Part shown: in pieces, positions 27,543 to 38,681 of the stretch
Numbering within the stretch: the stretch's first letter is position 1
Layout: each line of letters begins with the position of its first letter
NCBI GenBank assembly: GCA_034430115.1
Contig: DAOUFG010000078.1
Location: forward strand, 10,606 to 74,605
DNA: 64,000 nucleotides
Source: Thermoflexales bacterium
GTDB taxonomy: Bacteria; Chloroflexota; Anaerolineae; J036; Brachytrichaceae
Direction of reading: 5' to 3'
The notes under the pieces: generated by a model
Database searches by the model: none
Told to the model about the DNA's origin: nothing
The model's input: only the letters and a program-made list of their open reading frames with translations
Made by a program: the position numbers and the translations under genes

Positions 27543-28382
27543 ATGAGCACGACGCCCAGCCTGCGCGAGCGCCTGCGCATCCACGGTATTTCGCCACGCA
27601 AATCGCTGGGGCAGAATTTCCTCATCGATGCTGCGCTGGCGCAACGCATCGTGACGCTCTCCGGCCTGCAAGCACATGAAGTCGCCATCGAAATCGGTCC
27701 TGGGGCAGGAGCGCTGACGCATTCCCTGGCGTCAGCAGCACGTCAGGTCATCGCCATCGAGATCGACCGGACGTTGATCCCCGTGCTGCAACAGGAGCTG
27801 GCAACCGCTAGCAACGTGACGCTCATCCAGGCCGACGCATTGGAGGTTGACTTCGCGGCGCTCTTGCGCGAGCACGCAGGCGATGCAACGTTGCCGGTGC
27901 GCTTTGTCGGCAACCTGCCCTACTACATCACCTCGGCGTTGGTGCGCAAGATGCTGGAAGCCAGGTTGAACGTGCAATCCATCACGCTGACGGTGCAACT
28001 GGAAGTGGCGCAACGCATGGTTGCCGAACCCGGCGAGATGAGCCTGCTCGCCGTGAGCGTGCAATTCTATGGCACGCCGGAGCTGCTCATGCGGCTCAGC
28101 CCTTCGGCGTTTTACCCGCAGCCGGAGGTGGACTCGGCTGTCGTGCGCATCACGCCACACCCCACCGCCTGCGATGCCACCACGCTCTTCACGCTGGCGC
28201 GGGCCGGGTTCAGCCAGCGGCGCAAACAATTGCGCAATACGCTTTCCGCCGGCCTAAGTTGGCCTAAGGAAGAAGCTGATCAACTGCTACGCAGCGCAGA
28301 AATCGACCCCGCCCGGCGCGCCGAAACGCTCAGCATGTCCGAATGGGTCCGCCTGAGCGAAACCGTCCAACGCCAGAGCTAA
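27543..28382 (+). CDS. rsmA: 16S rRNA (adenine1518/1519-N6)-dimethyltransferase
   Basis: SLGQNFLID, EIGPGAGALT and VGNLPYYITS motifs. Confidence 0.9.
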   Translation: MSTTPSLRERLRIHGISPRKSLGQNFLIDAALAQRIVTLSGLQAHEVAIEIGPGAGALTHSLASAARQVIAIEIDRTLIPVLQQELATASNVTLIQADALEVDFAALLREHAGDATLPVRFVGNLPYYITSALVRKMLEARLNVQSITLTVQLEVAQRMVAEPGEMSLLAVSVQFYGTPELLMRLSPSAFYPQPEVDSAVVRITPHPTACDATTLFTLARAGFSQRRKQLRNTLSAGLSWPKEEADQLLRSAEIDPARRAETLSMSEWVRLSETVQRQS

Positions 28383-28504
28383 ACTCCGCCATTATATTGA
28401 GGACAACTCGCGCAAGATTGTGATAAGCTCGGCCCGTGTAACAATCTCCTCTCGGAATTATTTTCCTGATATATCTCATTGAGTAGCAGCGCACGTGTGC
28501 GTTG

Positions 28505-28550
28505 ATGTCAAGCTTGACTCAGTAGCCCTTTGGGTGAACAAGGGCTTTTT
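28505..28550 (+). promoter_or_regulatory. Candidate attenuator: 6-codon uORF (MSSLTQ) whose stop overlaps an intrinsic-terminator hairpin 20 nt upstream of the ABC ATPase start
   Basis: atg tca agc ttg act cag tag, then agccctt-tgggtgaac-aagggct stem followed by ttttt. Confidence 0.35.
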
Positions 28551-28569
28551 CATTCATGGCGAGGGCCGG

Positions 28570-29514
28570 ATGGGCACAATTCTAGAAGTCCACGATTTGA
28601 AGAAGAAGTACGGCGAGTTGGAGGCGGTGCGCGGCATCAGCTTCGGCATTGAAGCCGGCGAAATCTTCAGCCTGCTTGGCCCGAACGGGGCAGGCAAGAC
28701 CACCACCATTTCAATGCTTTCCACCTTGCTTGAACCAACCAGTGGAGATGCCACGATCGGCGGGCACTCCATCCGCCAAGACCCCATGGCCGTGCGGCGG
28801 ATCATCGGCATGGTGCCGCAAGAGATCGCGCTCTACGACACGCTAAACGCGCGCGAGAACCTGTTCTTCTGGGGACGCATGTATGGCATGGGTGGCAGTG
28901 ATCTGGCAAAACGGGTGGATGAGGTGCTACAGCAGATTGGGCTGGTGGAAAAGGCCAAAACCCGTGTGCAGACCTATTCCGGCGGAATGAAGCGCCGGCT
29001 GAACATCGGCGTGGGGCTACTGCACCATCCACAGATCATCTTCATGGACGAGCCAACCGTCGGGATTGACCCCCAATCCCGGCGCAACATCCTGGACGCC
29101 GTGAAAGAACTCAACCGGCAAGGCATGACCGTGGTGTACACAACCCACAACATGGAAGAAGCCCAGGAGCTTTCCAACCGGGTCGGGATCATTGACCACG
29201 GCAAGATGATTGCCCTGGGAACACAAAAGGAGCTGACTCAGAAGGTCGGCGAACACGAGACGTTGCGCTTGCAACTGGACGAATCCTCCAACGCCAAAGC
29301 GCTGGCAGAAGGGTTGCGGATAATGCCCGGCACATTCCAGGTCTCGGCCACAGATTACGAAGTGGTGATGATGGTGACGCGAGCCGCCGAAGCACTGGCC
29401 CCCGCTGTAACAAAGGCGAACGAACTGGGGATCAAGATTCACTCGATCAACATGGAAGAGCCCAACCTTGAGGCGGTCTTCCTCCAATTGACCGGCCGCG
29501 CGTTGCGCGATTGA
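28570..29514 (+). CDS. ABC transporter ATP-binding protein (ABC-2/DrrA-like)
   Basis: Walker A GPNGAGKTT, signature YSGGMKRRL, Walker B IFMDEPT. ATG at 28570 after SD ggcgaggg. Confidence 0.85.
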   Translation: MGTILEVHDLKKKYGELEAVRGISFGIEAGEIFSLLGPNGAGKTTTISMLSTLLEPTSGDATIGGHSIRQDPMAVRRIIGMVPQEIALYDTLNARENLFFWGRMYGMGGSDLAKRVDEVLQQIGLVEKAKTRVQTYSGGMKRRLNIGVGLLHHPQIIFMDEPTVGIDPQSRRNILDAVKELNRQGMTVVYTTHNMEEAQELSNRVGIIDHGKMIALGTQKELTQKVGEHETLRLQLDESSNAKALAEGLRIMPGTFQVSATDYEVVMMVTRAAEALAPAVTKANELGIKIHSINMEEPNLEAVFLQLTGRALRD

Positions 29515-29524
29515 GAGGGACACC

Positions 29525-30790
29525 ATGAAGAAAGCGCTTGCAATTGCGCAGAAAGATTTGCTAATGACATTTCGCGATCGGGCCGGGCTGCTCTTGATGC
29601 TGGTGGCCCCACTGGCATTGACGCTGGTCGTGGCCTTCGCCTTTGGCAGCGGGAGCAGCGATACGGGCGGCATCAGCCAGATCCCCATCCTGGTGGTGAA
29701 CCAGGACGCCGGCAGCTACGGCCAGTTCCTGGTAGAAGCGTTTCAATCGGAGCAGATCAAGGACCTGGTGCAGGCGGAAGAGACGAACGACCTCGCCGCC
29801 GCTCGCGCGCGGATCGACCACGACGAAGCCACCGCGCTGGTGATCATTCCGGCCAACTTCTCGACGAGCATCGTCCCCGCCGGGTTAAACGACACGAACG
29901 TCGAGAATACTCAGGGCAGCACCAGTGAAGTCGTCATCTATGCCAACCCATCCCGGCCGGTCACCTCACAGGTGGTCAAGACAATCGTGGACACCATCCT
30001 GGAGCGCTTCGTGGTCTCCTCCGTTGGCGGGCAGGTGGCAGTGGAACAACTGTTGAAGAGCGGCCTGCTCAGCCCGCAGAACGCACAAGCACAGGGCCGC
30101 ATGATCGGCGAACAGGCGGCCCGCTCGCTCACCCAGGCGGATATGGTGCAGATCGAACGCCAGATCGGCGCCGATACCTCACAGCAAAGCTTTAGCTGGT
30201 TGAAGTACATCGCCCCCAGCCTGGCGATTTTGTTCCTGATGTTTTCGCTCTCGCTGGCAGCCCGCACCATCCTGGTGGAGCGCAACATGGGCACGTTGCC
30301 ACGCATGTTGGTCAGCCCATCCAGCCGGGCAAGCGTGCTGGGCGGCAAGATGCTGGGCAACTTCCTGATCGGGCTGGTGCAGATGGGGGTGCTGCTCTTG
30401 GCGAACGCGCTGCTCTTTCACCTGAGCTGGGGCGACCCGCTGGCGGTAGTGTTGCTGACATTATGCCTGGTGGCAGTGGTCACGGCCTGGGGGCTGGTAG
30501 AGGCGGCGATCGCCCAAAACCCCAGCCAGGCCAATGCCATTGGCGTTGCGACCAACCTGACCTTCGCAGCCCTGGGTGGCACCTTTGTGCCACGAACCAA
30601 TTACCCGGGCTGGATGATCCCACTGGGCAATATCACCCCTAACGCCTGGGGCACCGAAAGCTACTTCAAGCTGATGTACGGCGGTAGTCTGCAAGACATC
30701 TTGCCGGCCCTGCTCGCGCTGAGCTTGATGGCGGTGGTGCTATTTGCAATCGCCGTGCTAATCTTCCGCCGGCGTTACGCATTTTCTTAG
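29525..30790 (+). CDS. ABC-2 family transporter permease
   Basis: N-terminal KDLLMTFRDRAGLL ABC-2 pattern, large extracytoplasmic loop, then 5-6 C-terminal TM helices. Confidence 0.7.
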   Translation: MKKALAIAQKDLLMTFRDRAGLLLMLVAPLALTLVVAFAFGSGSSDTGGISQIPILVVNQDAGSYGQFLVEAFQSEQIKDLVQAEETNDLAAARARIDHDEATALVIIPANFSTSIVPAGLNDTNVENTQGSTSEVVIYANPSRPVTSQVVKTIVDTILERFVVSSVGGQVAVEQLLKSGLLSPQNAQAQGRMIGEQAARSLTQADMVQIERQIGADTSQQSFSWLKYIAPSLAILFLMFSLSLAARTILVERNMGTLPRMLVSPSSRASVLGGKMLGNFLIGLVQMGVLLLANALLFHLSWGDPLAVVLLTLCLVAVVTAWGLVEAAIAQNPSQANAIGVATNLTFAALGGTFVPRTNYPGWMIPLGNITPNAWGTESYFKLMYGGSLQDILPALLALSLMAVVLFAIAVLIFRRRYAFS

Positions 30791-30803
30791 CGGGAGGCGA
30801 ACG

Positions 30804-32024
30804 ATGCTCACCAAAATACTCGCCATTGCGTGGAACGACATCAAGATCGAGTTTTCCTACCGCTCGACGTATATCTTCTTCCTGGTGCTGCCAATTCTCT
30901 TCACCACGGTGCTCGGGCTGGCCATGAATAGCATGTACAGTGATAGTGGCGCCAGCGACAAGCTTGCGCTGCCGGTGGCGAACCTGGATGAAGGAACGTT
31001 TTCTGAACAACTGATCGAGACGCTTAAAGCGTCGCCGATTGTGTCACCCACTCTTTACCCTACCAAAGAGGATGCCCAAGCGGCCTTCGAGAAAGATGCT
31101 TTGCAGGCCATGCTGGTCATCCCGGCCGGGTTCACCCAGGACTTGCAGGCCGGCAAGCCGGGCAAATTGCAAATGCTGGAATCGCCCAGTGCCGCCGATG
31201 CCCTGAACCTGGAACAGATCGTCCGGTCGGCCGCCGGCCGGCTGAACATGACGATAATGATCGCCTCTGAATCCGTCAACCAGGCCGAGAAGATACAACC
31301 TTTTGCCAGTCCGTCGGATCGGCAGGTTTATTACGATAGCAGCCTGGCGCAGGCGGAGCAGTTGCTGGCTCACCCGCCGACCCAGGCAGTCGTCGAGACG
31401 GTGGGCACGCAGACGAATGCGAATGCAATCGCCAGCGGCTTCGAACAATCCTCCGCCGGCCAGTTGATCACCTGGGTGCTCATCACACTCCTGGGTGGTT
31501 CGGAAGTCTTTGTGGCCGAGCGCCAGGGCGGGACGTTGCGCCGCTTACTGACGACGGCCACCAACCGTGGCACGATCTTGGCCGGCAAAATCCTCGGGCG
31601 CTTTTTAATGGGCATGACCCAGATGGCAATTCTGATCGGCTTTGGGGTCCTGGTGCTGGGGATTCACTGGGGGAAGGAACCCCTGGCATTGGCGGTATTG
31701 CTGACGGCATTTGGGTTAGCCGGCACCTCACTGGGTGTGATGTTAGGCGCCTTTGCCCGCACCAGCTCGCAGGCCAGCAACCTGACGACCCTCTTTTCAA
31801 TGCTCCTGGCCGCCCTGGGCGGGGCCTGGTGGCCGCTGGAGGTGACGCCGCCGGTCTACCAGGCGGTGGTGAAGGTATTCCCAAGCACCTGGGCCATGAA
31901 CGGGATGACCGACATCGTGGCGCGCGGGCGTGGCGTTATGGATATTCTGCCCAACGCGCTGGTGTTGATCGGTTTTGCGGCGCTGTTCTTTGTGATCGGC
32001 CTGCGCAAGGTAAAGTTCGAGTAA
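30804..32024 (+). CDS. ABC-2 family transporter permease (second subunit)
   Basis: Same architecture as the previous gene. Confidence 0.7.
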   Translation: MLTKILAIAWNDIKIEFSYRSTYIFFLVLPILFTTVLGLAMNSMYSDSGASDKLALPVANLDEGTFSEQLIETLKASPIVSPTLYPTKEDAQAAFEKDALQAMLVIPAGFTQDLQAGKPGKLQMLESPSAADALNLEQIVRSAAGRLNMTIMIASESVNQAEKIQPFASPSDRQVYYDSSLAQAEQLLAHPPTQAVVETVGTQTNANAIASGFEQSSAGQLITWVLITLLGGSEVFVAERQGGTLRRLLTTATNRGTILAGKILGRFLMGMTQMAILIGFGVLVLGIHWGKEPLALAVLLTAFGLAGTSLGVMLGAFARTSSQASNLTTLFSMLLAALGGAWWPLEVTPPVYQAVVKVFPSTWAMNGMTDIVARGRGVMDILPNALVLIGFAALFFVIGLRKVKFE

Positions 32025-32091
32025 CTCAGTATTCAACGCAGGCGTGAAGCGCTCACGGTTGGCGCGGGTATGAAACCCGCGCCCCGGTCTG

Positions 32092-33114
32092 CTAAACGAT
32101 GTGTTCGCCGACGGTATGTTCCGGCGCGTAGCCGATCAGCGCCGTCGCCCGATCATAACTGACCAGCGTCGTAGCACCCGGGATGGGCTTCTTGCGCGCC
32201 GTCACCGCGGGGAAGAAGAGCTTTAGCAACGTCTCCGAATCGATGCCGGGGTTGTTGTCGCGTTGCGTCACGAAGAGCGGGTGACTGCCTTCAAAGTCGG
32301 CCAGCAGCGACTTTTCAAATGCCTGCGCCGCATCCTCTACCGTGATGATCGACCAAAAATCCGTATAGCCGAACCCCGCGATCTGAGAGGGGTCAAACTC
32401 CGGGGGAGGTTCGTCATTCCACGGCTTCTCTGTCGCCCGCGTCCGGCGCATCTCCGCCAGGTTGGCGAAGATTTTGTCCAGCCAGGCGCGCTGCTTCTCC
32501 GCCGGCGAAGCGATCAACTCCGCCATAACGCGCTGATAGGTGTCCAGCATGCCCTTCATCTCTTTCATCCAGGGCACACGCTCATCGTAGGCAAACACGA
32601 ACGGCATACGCAAGCTGGTGCTGGAAATCCCCTCGCGTCGCCAGTAATAGTCCGCAATAGACTCGATTGTCTGCTTGGAGAAAGAATAGGGGTCGGTGGT
32701 AAAGATCGGGTGCGCTTCGTCTATCGGGAAATACTCGATTGGGAAGCTCTTGATGCCATAGTTAAAGCCAAGCGCGTTGATCGAACTGGCGCAGCTCACG
32801 CGCCGGATGCCCTCCTGTGCCGCCGCCTCATAAACGTTGTAGGTGCCCCAGCAGTTCACACGGTAGATTTCAGGCCCGGGTGCGGCAGCCGGATAGGGAT
32901 ATGCCGCCAGGTGGATGATGCCCTCCATCCCGCGCACCTGTTCACGTAGATCGTCAAAGCGGGTGATGTCGCACGTCACATACTCAGCACCCGGCAAACG
33001 ATTCTGCGGGTCCGCGCGCAAGTCAACCACGCGTACCACGTGCCCGCTGTTCACCAGGCGGGTCACGACGCCCCGCCCAACACCGCCCGTGCCGCCCGTA
33101 ACAAGAATTTTCAT
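32092..33114 (-). CDS. NAD-dependent epimerase/dehydratase family protein (SDR)
   Basis: MKILVTGGTGGVGRGV Rossmann motif. ATG at 33114; the ORF track uses an upstream TTG. Confidence 0.75.
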   Translation of the reverse strand: MKILVTGGTGGVGRGVVTRLVNSGHVVRVVDLRADPQNRLPGAEYVTCDITRFDDLREQVRGMEGIIHLAAYPYPAAAPGPEIYRVNCWGTYNVYEAAAQEGIRRVSCASSINALGFNYGIKSFPIEYFPIDEAHPIFTTDPYSFSKQTIESIADYYWRREGISSTSLRMPFVFAYDERVPWMKEMKGMLDTYQRVMAELIASPAEKQRAWLDKIFANLAEMRRTRATEKPWNDEPPPEFDPSQIAGFGYTDFWSIITVEDAAQAFEKSLLADFEGSHPLFVTQRDNNPGIDSETLLKLFFPAVTARKKPIPGATTLVSYDRATALIGYAPEHTVGEHIV

Positions 33115-33155
33115 GAGTCTGTGTCCTTCGCCGGTGCCTGGATCAATGTGCCGGA

Positions 33156-34211
33156 TCAACCGGGCAAGCTGAATTGGTCACTGAACCGCACAAGCAGTTG
33201 CGCAAGGATCTCGTCCGACCCTGCGCCGAGCGCCGCAAACGAAACCGAACTGTAGTCCACGCCGCTCACCAACGGGAAGATGCCACCTGGGTGATTCGTT
33301 ACCGCCTTGCCGCCGGCTTCTTCGATGATGGGCCACAGCGCCGCCACGTCCCACACGTGGACCGTTGAATCGAACGCGCCGATGCAGGCGCCGGCGGCCA
33401 GCATGGCAAAATCAAACCCGCTGGAGCCGGGCAGGCGCAGTTTGCAGGGGATGTCGGGCTTGCCCTGCTTGAGCGAGCGCGTGCCAAGCACGAACAACTG
33501 CGTGCTGGTTAAGGTCTTATCCGTGGCGGTATGGATCGCCCCATCGCCATAGCCGATCTCCGTCTTACGCCACGCGCCTCGCCCGTGCGCTGCGTAAAAC
33601 TGCTGGCCGATGGGTGGAAACTCCGCGACCCCCAGCACCGGCTGGCCGCGATGCAATAACGCGATCAACACACCCCAGGCCGGGAAGCCCCAGGTGAAGT
33701 TCGTGGTGCCGTCGATCGGGTCGATGACCCAACACCATTCCTCGCCGCGATACACCTTTTCGCCCTCTTCCGAGAGCACGCCATGATCGGGGTAGCGCGC
33801 ATGAATGGCGTCGCCCAGGCGTTGATCGGCCTCAATATCGGATGCCGTCACGAGCGTGCCATCCTTCTTCAACGAGGCAATCAACTGGCCGCTGGCATAC
33901 TTCAGGCGCTCACCCGTCTGATGCGCCAGGTCACGCGCAAAATCCAGCACGCCGGAGGGCAGGTCGCTTTCCGGCAGGCGCGCCAGCGCCGTTTGCGCCT
34001 CCGCAGGTGGGGCCGCCGGCTCGTCCTGGATCACGCGCAATGCAAAGCGCGCCGCCTCACGCTGCTCCGCGATGCGCTGCGGGTCGGCGCTGATCTGATC
34101 CAATAACCCCTGCACAGCCTTGCGTTCGTCGTTGCTCAACTGCTCCCAGGCCAGGCGCACCTGTTGCTCATCCGCGCTAAAAATGTGTTCCCAAAGTTGA
34201 TCTAAATCCAT
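33156..34211 (-). CDS. Inositol-monophosphatase-family phosphatase with roughly 100-aa N-terminal extension
   Basis: WVIDPIDGTTNF metal-binding motif and WGVLIAL region. Confidence 0.6.
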   Translation of the reverse strand: MDLDQLWEHIFSADEQQVRLAWEQLSNDERKAVQGLLDQISADPQRIAEQREAARFALRVIQDEPAAPPAEAQTALARLPESDLPSGVLDFARDLAHQTGERLKYASGQLIASLKKDGTLVTASDIEADQRLGDAIHARYPDHGVLSEEGEKVYRGEEWCWVIDPIDGTTNFTWGFPAWGVLIALLHRGQPVLGVAEFPPIGQQFYAAHGRGAWRKTEIGYGDGAIHTATDKTLTSTQLFVLGTRSLKQGKPDIPCKLRLPGSSGFDFAMLAAGACIGAFDSTVHVWDVAALWPIIEEAGGKAVTNHPGGIFPLVSGVDYSSVSFAALGAGSDEILAQLLVRFSDQFSLPG

Positions 34212-34333
34212 AGCTACTATGCCTGTATTCTAGGCGAGATGTGGACTTAGCCCACGGAGATACCAACACAAAGCAACAAAGGCTGCCAGGAAAAACCTGG
34301 TTGCTTTATGCTGTGTTCTTATTGCCCTGTACG

Positions 34334-35517
<1,184 letters not shown>

Positions 35518-35522
35518 CGGCC

Positions 35523-36896
35523 TCATTGCCCAAATAACGTCGTTTGAGGCACAACGACGACCTGTCCCTCGCTCGCGCCTGAAAGGACCTCGCTGAAGTT
35601 ATCGTTGCGTAAGCCAATCTGCACTTCCACCTCACGCGTGGTCTTGTTATCCACCTGGATGGTCAGGTATGACTTGCCGCTTTGCTTATCGCGCCGGATG
35701 GCCCAGTTCGGCGCCAGCAAAGCATTCTCGTGCGTTTCCAGCACGATGGAGGCGTTGGCCGTCATGCCGGAACGCAACGGCGCATCGGTTTTGTCAATCA
35801 CGACCCGCACCGGATACGAGACGACGCCATTCACCGTCGTCGAAGTGCCGGCGATACGATCCACCTTGCCGGTCAACGTCACATCGGGGAGCGCATCCAA
35901 CGTCACCGATACGAGTTGCCCCACCTTCAGCTTGGCAATGTCGATTTCATCCACCGTGATATCGATGTGCAACAACGACACATCCACCAGCGTCATGGCC
36001 GGGCCCATCCCAGTAGATTCGCCCTCTTTGATGTTCACCGCCGAGACGGTGGCATCCAATGGTGCGACGAGGCGCGCCTTATCCAATTGCCGCTGCGCCT
36101 GCTGCACCTGGATTTGCGCCTTCTGCACGTCGGCCAGCGCCTGATCCACAGCATATTGTTTCACGGGCTCCTGGAGTTTGGTCAACTGCGCACGCGCCTG
36201 CTGCACTTGCTGAAAAGCTGTGGCGAGCTGGGCCTGGTCGGCCCCGCGCACCATCTTGTCATACTGCTGGCGCGCGGCATCCAGGTTATTGCGCGCCTGT
36301 TGAAGTTGCGTGATGGTGGGGCTGCTGGGGTAGTTCTGCGTGTCGTATTTATATACCAGGTCGTTGGCGGCTTCGGCGGCCCGCTCTGCCGCCTCGGCAC
36401 TGCGCACGGCTGCCTCGGCCGCGGCGATGTCGGCGCTATCCGCACCGGCGCGCAGCTTTGCGTAGGCGGCGTTGGCTGCGTTCAGCGCAGCCTGTGCAGC
36501 GCTCACGTCGGCCGGCTGGGCGCCCTCCACGGTACGGCTATAGGCGTCGCGGGCGATCACCAGTGACGCTTGCGCCTGTGCCAGGGCGGTTTCCAGGTCG
36601 GCCGTGTCCAGGGTCGCCAGCACGTCGCCTTTCTTCACCTCATCCCCACGCGACACATTCACCTTGGTGATATCGCCGGTGGATTGGAAGGTCAGATCCA
36701 CTTCAGACTCCGCCTGAATGTTGCCCGTCGCGCTGGCGGTGGCGACGAGCGTCCCTTTCGACAGCGTCGCCGTGCGCTGCGATCCTGTATTCTGGTTATT
36801 GGTGAGTGGGTTGCTGCACGCCACCAGCAACATCACCGTTACAGTGATTGCCCCCAGGCGCAAACAGATTCCCTTTAGGCTACGATTCTGTCGCAT
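35523..36896 (-). CDS. HlyD-family periplasmic adaptor (membrane-fusion) lipoprotein
   Basis: Lipobox LLVACS, biotin-lipoyl-like GDVLATLDTADLE, long Ala/Gln-rich coiled coil, C-terminal beta-barrel region. Confidence 0.65.
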   Translation of the reverse strand: MRQNRSLKGICLRLGAITVTVMLLVACSNPLTNNQNTGSQRTATLSKGTLVATASATGNIQAESEVDLTFQSTGDITKVNVSRGDEVKKGDVLATLDTADLETALAQAQASLVIARDAYSRTVEGAQPADVSAAQAALNAANAAYAKLRAGADSADIAAAEAAVRSAEAAERAAEAANDLVYKYDTQNYPSSPTITQLQQARNNLDAARQQYDKMVRGADQAQLATAFQQVQQARAQLTKLQEPVKQYAVDQALADVQKAQIQVQQAQRQLDKARLVAPLDATVSAVNIKEGESTGMGPAMTLVDVSLLHIDITVDEIDIAKLKVGQLVSVTLDALPDVTLTGKVDRIAGTSTTVNGVVSYPVRVVIDKTDAPLRSGMTANASIVLETHENALLAPNWAIRRDKQSGKSYLTIQVDNKTTREVEVQIGLRNDNFSEVLSGASEGQVVVVPQTTLFGQ

Positions 36897-37190
36897 ATTG
36901 AGTCAAGTCCTCACAATATTGAACAACTTATTATATTGGCGCCGGCACGGGTATGCCGGCAATCGCGCTCCTATCGTCAAGCACTCTGGTGCAATGCTCA
37001 TCTGCATCAAGGCATTACACTCGAAGCCCTTCCCCTTGCACAATTCAGATCGATCATAGCCCAACCAACCGCTGGGGCCGTGTGGCGCTGAAACGAGGGG
37101 TGAACAACGTGTAAAAGTTGGGTAAACCTCTCAGGAAAATATTAACCTATAAGCAGACGCTGATAGGTACGCGAAGTACAAGGAATAACA

Positions 37191-38681
37191 GTGCAACAAC
37201 AACAAACCAATCGTCTCGCATGGATCATTCTCGGATGTGCGCTCGTGGCAGGGCTGCTTGGGGATTTGCTTTTGAAAGCGCCACGCTGGGGCATCAACCT
37301 GCCGCTCTATGTGGTCGTCATTTGCGCGAGCCTGCTAGTCACGGCGCGCGCCACCGGACAACGCCTGACGGGGGGCGGGCGTTGGTTGGCAATCCCTGCA
37401 ATCCTGTGCGCCGCCGTCTACGCCTGGCACGACTCAGCGATGCTCCTGGCCGGTAATCTGATGGTGGTTCTGCTGCTTCTGGCGCTCTTCTTCGAGCGGG
37501 GCCGCATCGGCAGACTACGCGTAGCAAGCGTGACGGATTATGTGTTGGGCATCTTCATCGCCGGGATCAATGCCATCTTTGGCATGTTGGTGTTGCTCTT
37601 CAACGATATTCAGTGGCAAACGCTACGGCAGGGGGCGTCGTCCAAACGAGCCGTTTCCGGCATAGCCCGTGTGGGAGTAGGCGTGTTGCTGGCGTGCCCA
37701 TTGTTATTGATCTTCGGCGCGCTCTTTGTCGCCGCCGACGCGAACTTCGCCCAATTGATCCACGACCTGTTCGCCTGGGACATCAAAGACTTGCCGCTGC
37801 ACCTTTTCCTGATCGCGCTCTTCTTTTGGCTCTGCGCCGGCGCGCTACGCACCACGCTGCTCAGCACGCCGTTGCACACCGAAGCAATTCAATCCTCCGG
37901 CGGACGATTGGGCATCGTCGAAATCGCCACGGTGCTGGGGTTACTGGACGTCATGTTCCTGGCCTTCGTGGTGCTGCAATTCCGCTACCTGTTTGGCGGC
38001 GCAAGCACATTGGGGTATGCCGAATATGCCCGGCGCGGATTTTTTGAACTCGTGGCGGTGGCAATACTGGTGTTGCTGGTGCTACTGGCGACGCACTGGT
38101 TACTCCGCAAAGACGCCCCATTTCACGTGCGGCTCTTCAACGGGCTGGCCGGGCTGCTAATCGGGTTAGAATTCGTTATCATGGCCTCGGCGGTGCAACG
38201 CATGGCCCTCTACGTGAACGAGTTCGGGCTGACGGAGTTGCGCCTGTATACGACGGCCTTTATGGGGTGGCTGGCGCTGATCTTGGTATGGTTCGTTTTG
38301 ACCGTCCTGCGCGGCAAAGGCGAGCGTTTCGCCTTCGGGATGCTGTTAGCGGGACTCATCATCACTGTGGGGTTAAATGTGTTGAATCCGGATGCTTTTA
38401 TCGCACACATCAATATCACCCATCTCGCGCAAGATGGCAGCGCTGCCGAACGCCCGTTGGACGCGGCCTACCTGGCCCGTCTTAGCGCAGACGCCGTGCC
38501 GACGTTGCTGGAAGCCTTACCCAACGTGCCCGACCCACAGCGCTGCCAGGCAGCAGCGCTCATTTTGCAACGCTACGCCACACCGGTCACCGATTGGCGC
38601 GCGTGGAACTGGAGCCGTGCGCAGGCCATACAACTGGTCAGCGCGCAACAGGATTACTTAGAGGAGATTGCATGCCGGTGA
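37191..38681 (+). CDS. Polytopic membrane protein of unknown function (possibly DUF4153/DUF4173-like)
   Basis: At least 10 predicted TM helices; no catalytic motif recognised. Confidence 0.3.
   Translation: MQQQQTNRLAWIILGCALVAGLLGDLLLKAPRWGINLPLYVVVICASLLVTARATGQRLTGGGRWLAIPAILCAAVYAWHDSAMLLAGNLMVVLLLLALFFERGRIGRLRVASVTDYVLGIFIAGINAIFGMLVLLFNDIQWQTLRQGASSKRAVSGIARVGVGVLLACPLLLIFGALFVAADANFAQLIHDLFAWDIKDLPLHLFLIALFFWLCAGALRTTLLSTPLHTEAIQSSGGRLGIVEIATVLGLLDVMFLAFVVLQFRYLFGGASTLGYAEYARRGFFELVAVAILVLLVLLATHWLLRKDAPFHVRLFNGLAGLLIGLEFVIMASAVQRMALYVNEFGLTELRLYTTAFMGWLALILVWFVLTVLRGKGERFAFGMLLAGLIITVGLNVLNPDAFIAHINITHLAQDGSAAERPLDAAYLARLSADAVPTLLEALPNVPDPQRCQAAALILQRYATPVTDWRAWNWSRAQAIQLVSAQQDYLEEIACR

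Noticed and set aside
28495-28569. N-terminal 25-aa extension of the ABC ATPase in the ORF track
   Set aside because: The extension runs through the leader uORF and terminator hairpin. The ATG at 28570 with an upstream SD gives a canonical ABC N-terminus (MGTILEVHDLKK).
35682-36566. 294-aa plus-strand ORF inside the HlyD-like gene
   Set aside because: It is antisense to a gene with clear lipobox and coiled-coil features. Its composition is His/Arg/Gly-rich, typical of GC-rich shadow ORFs.
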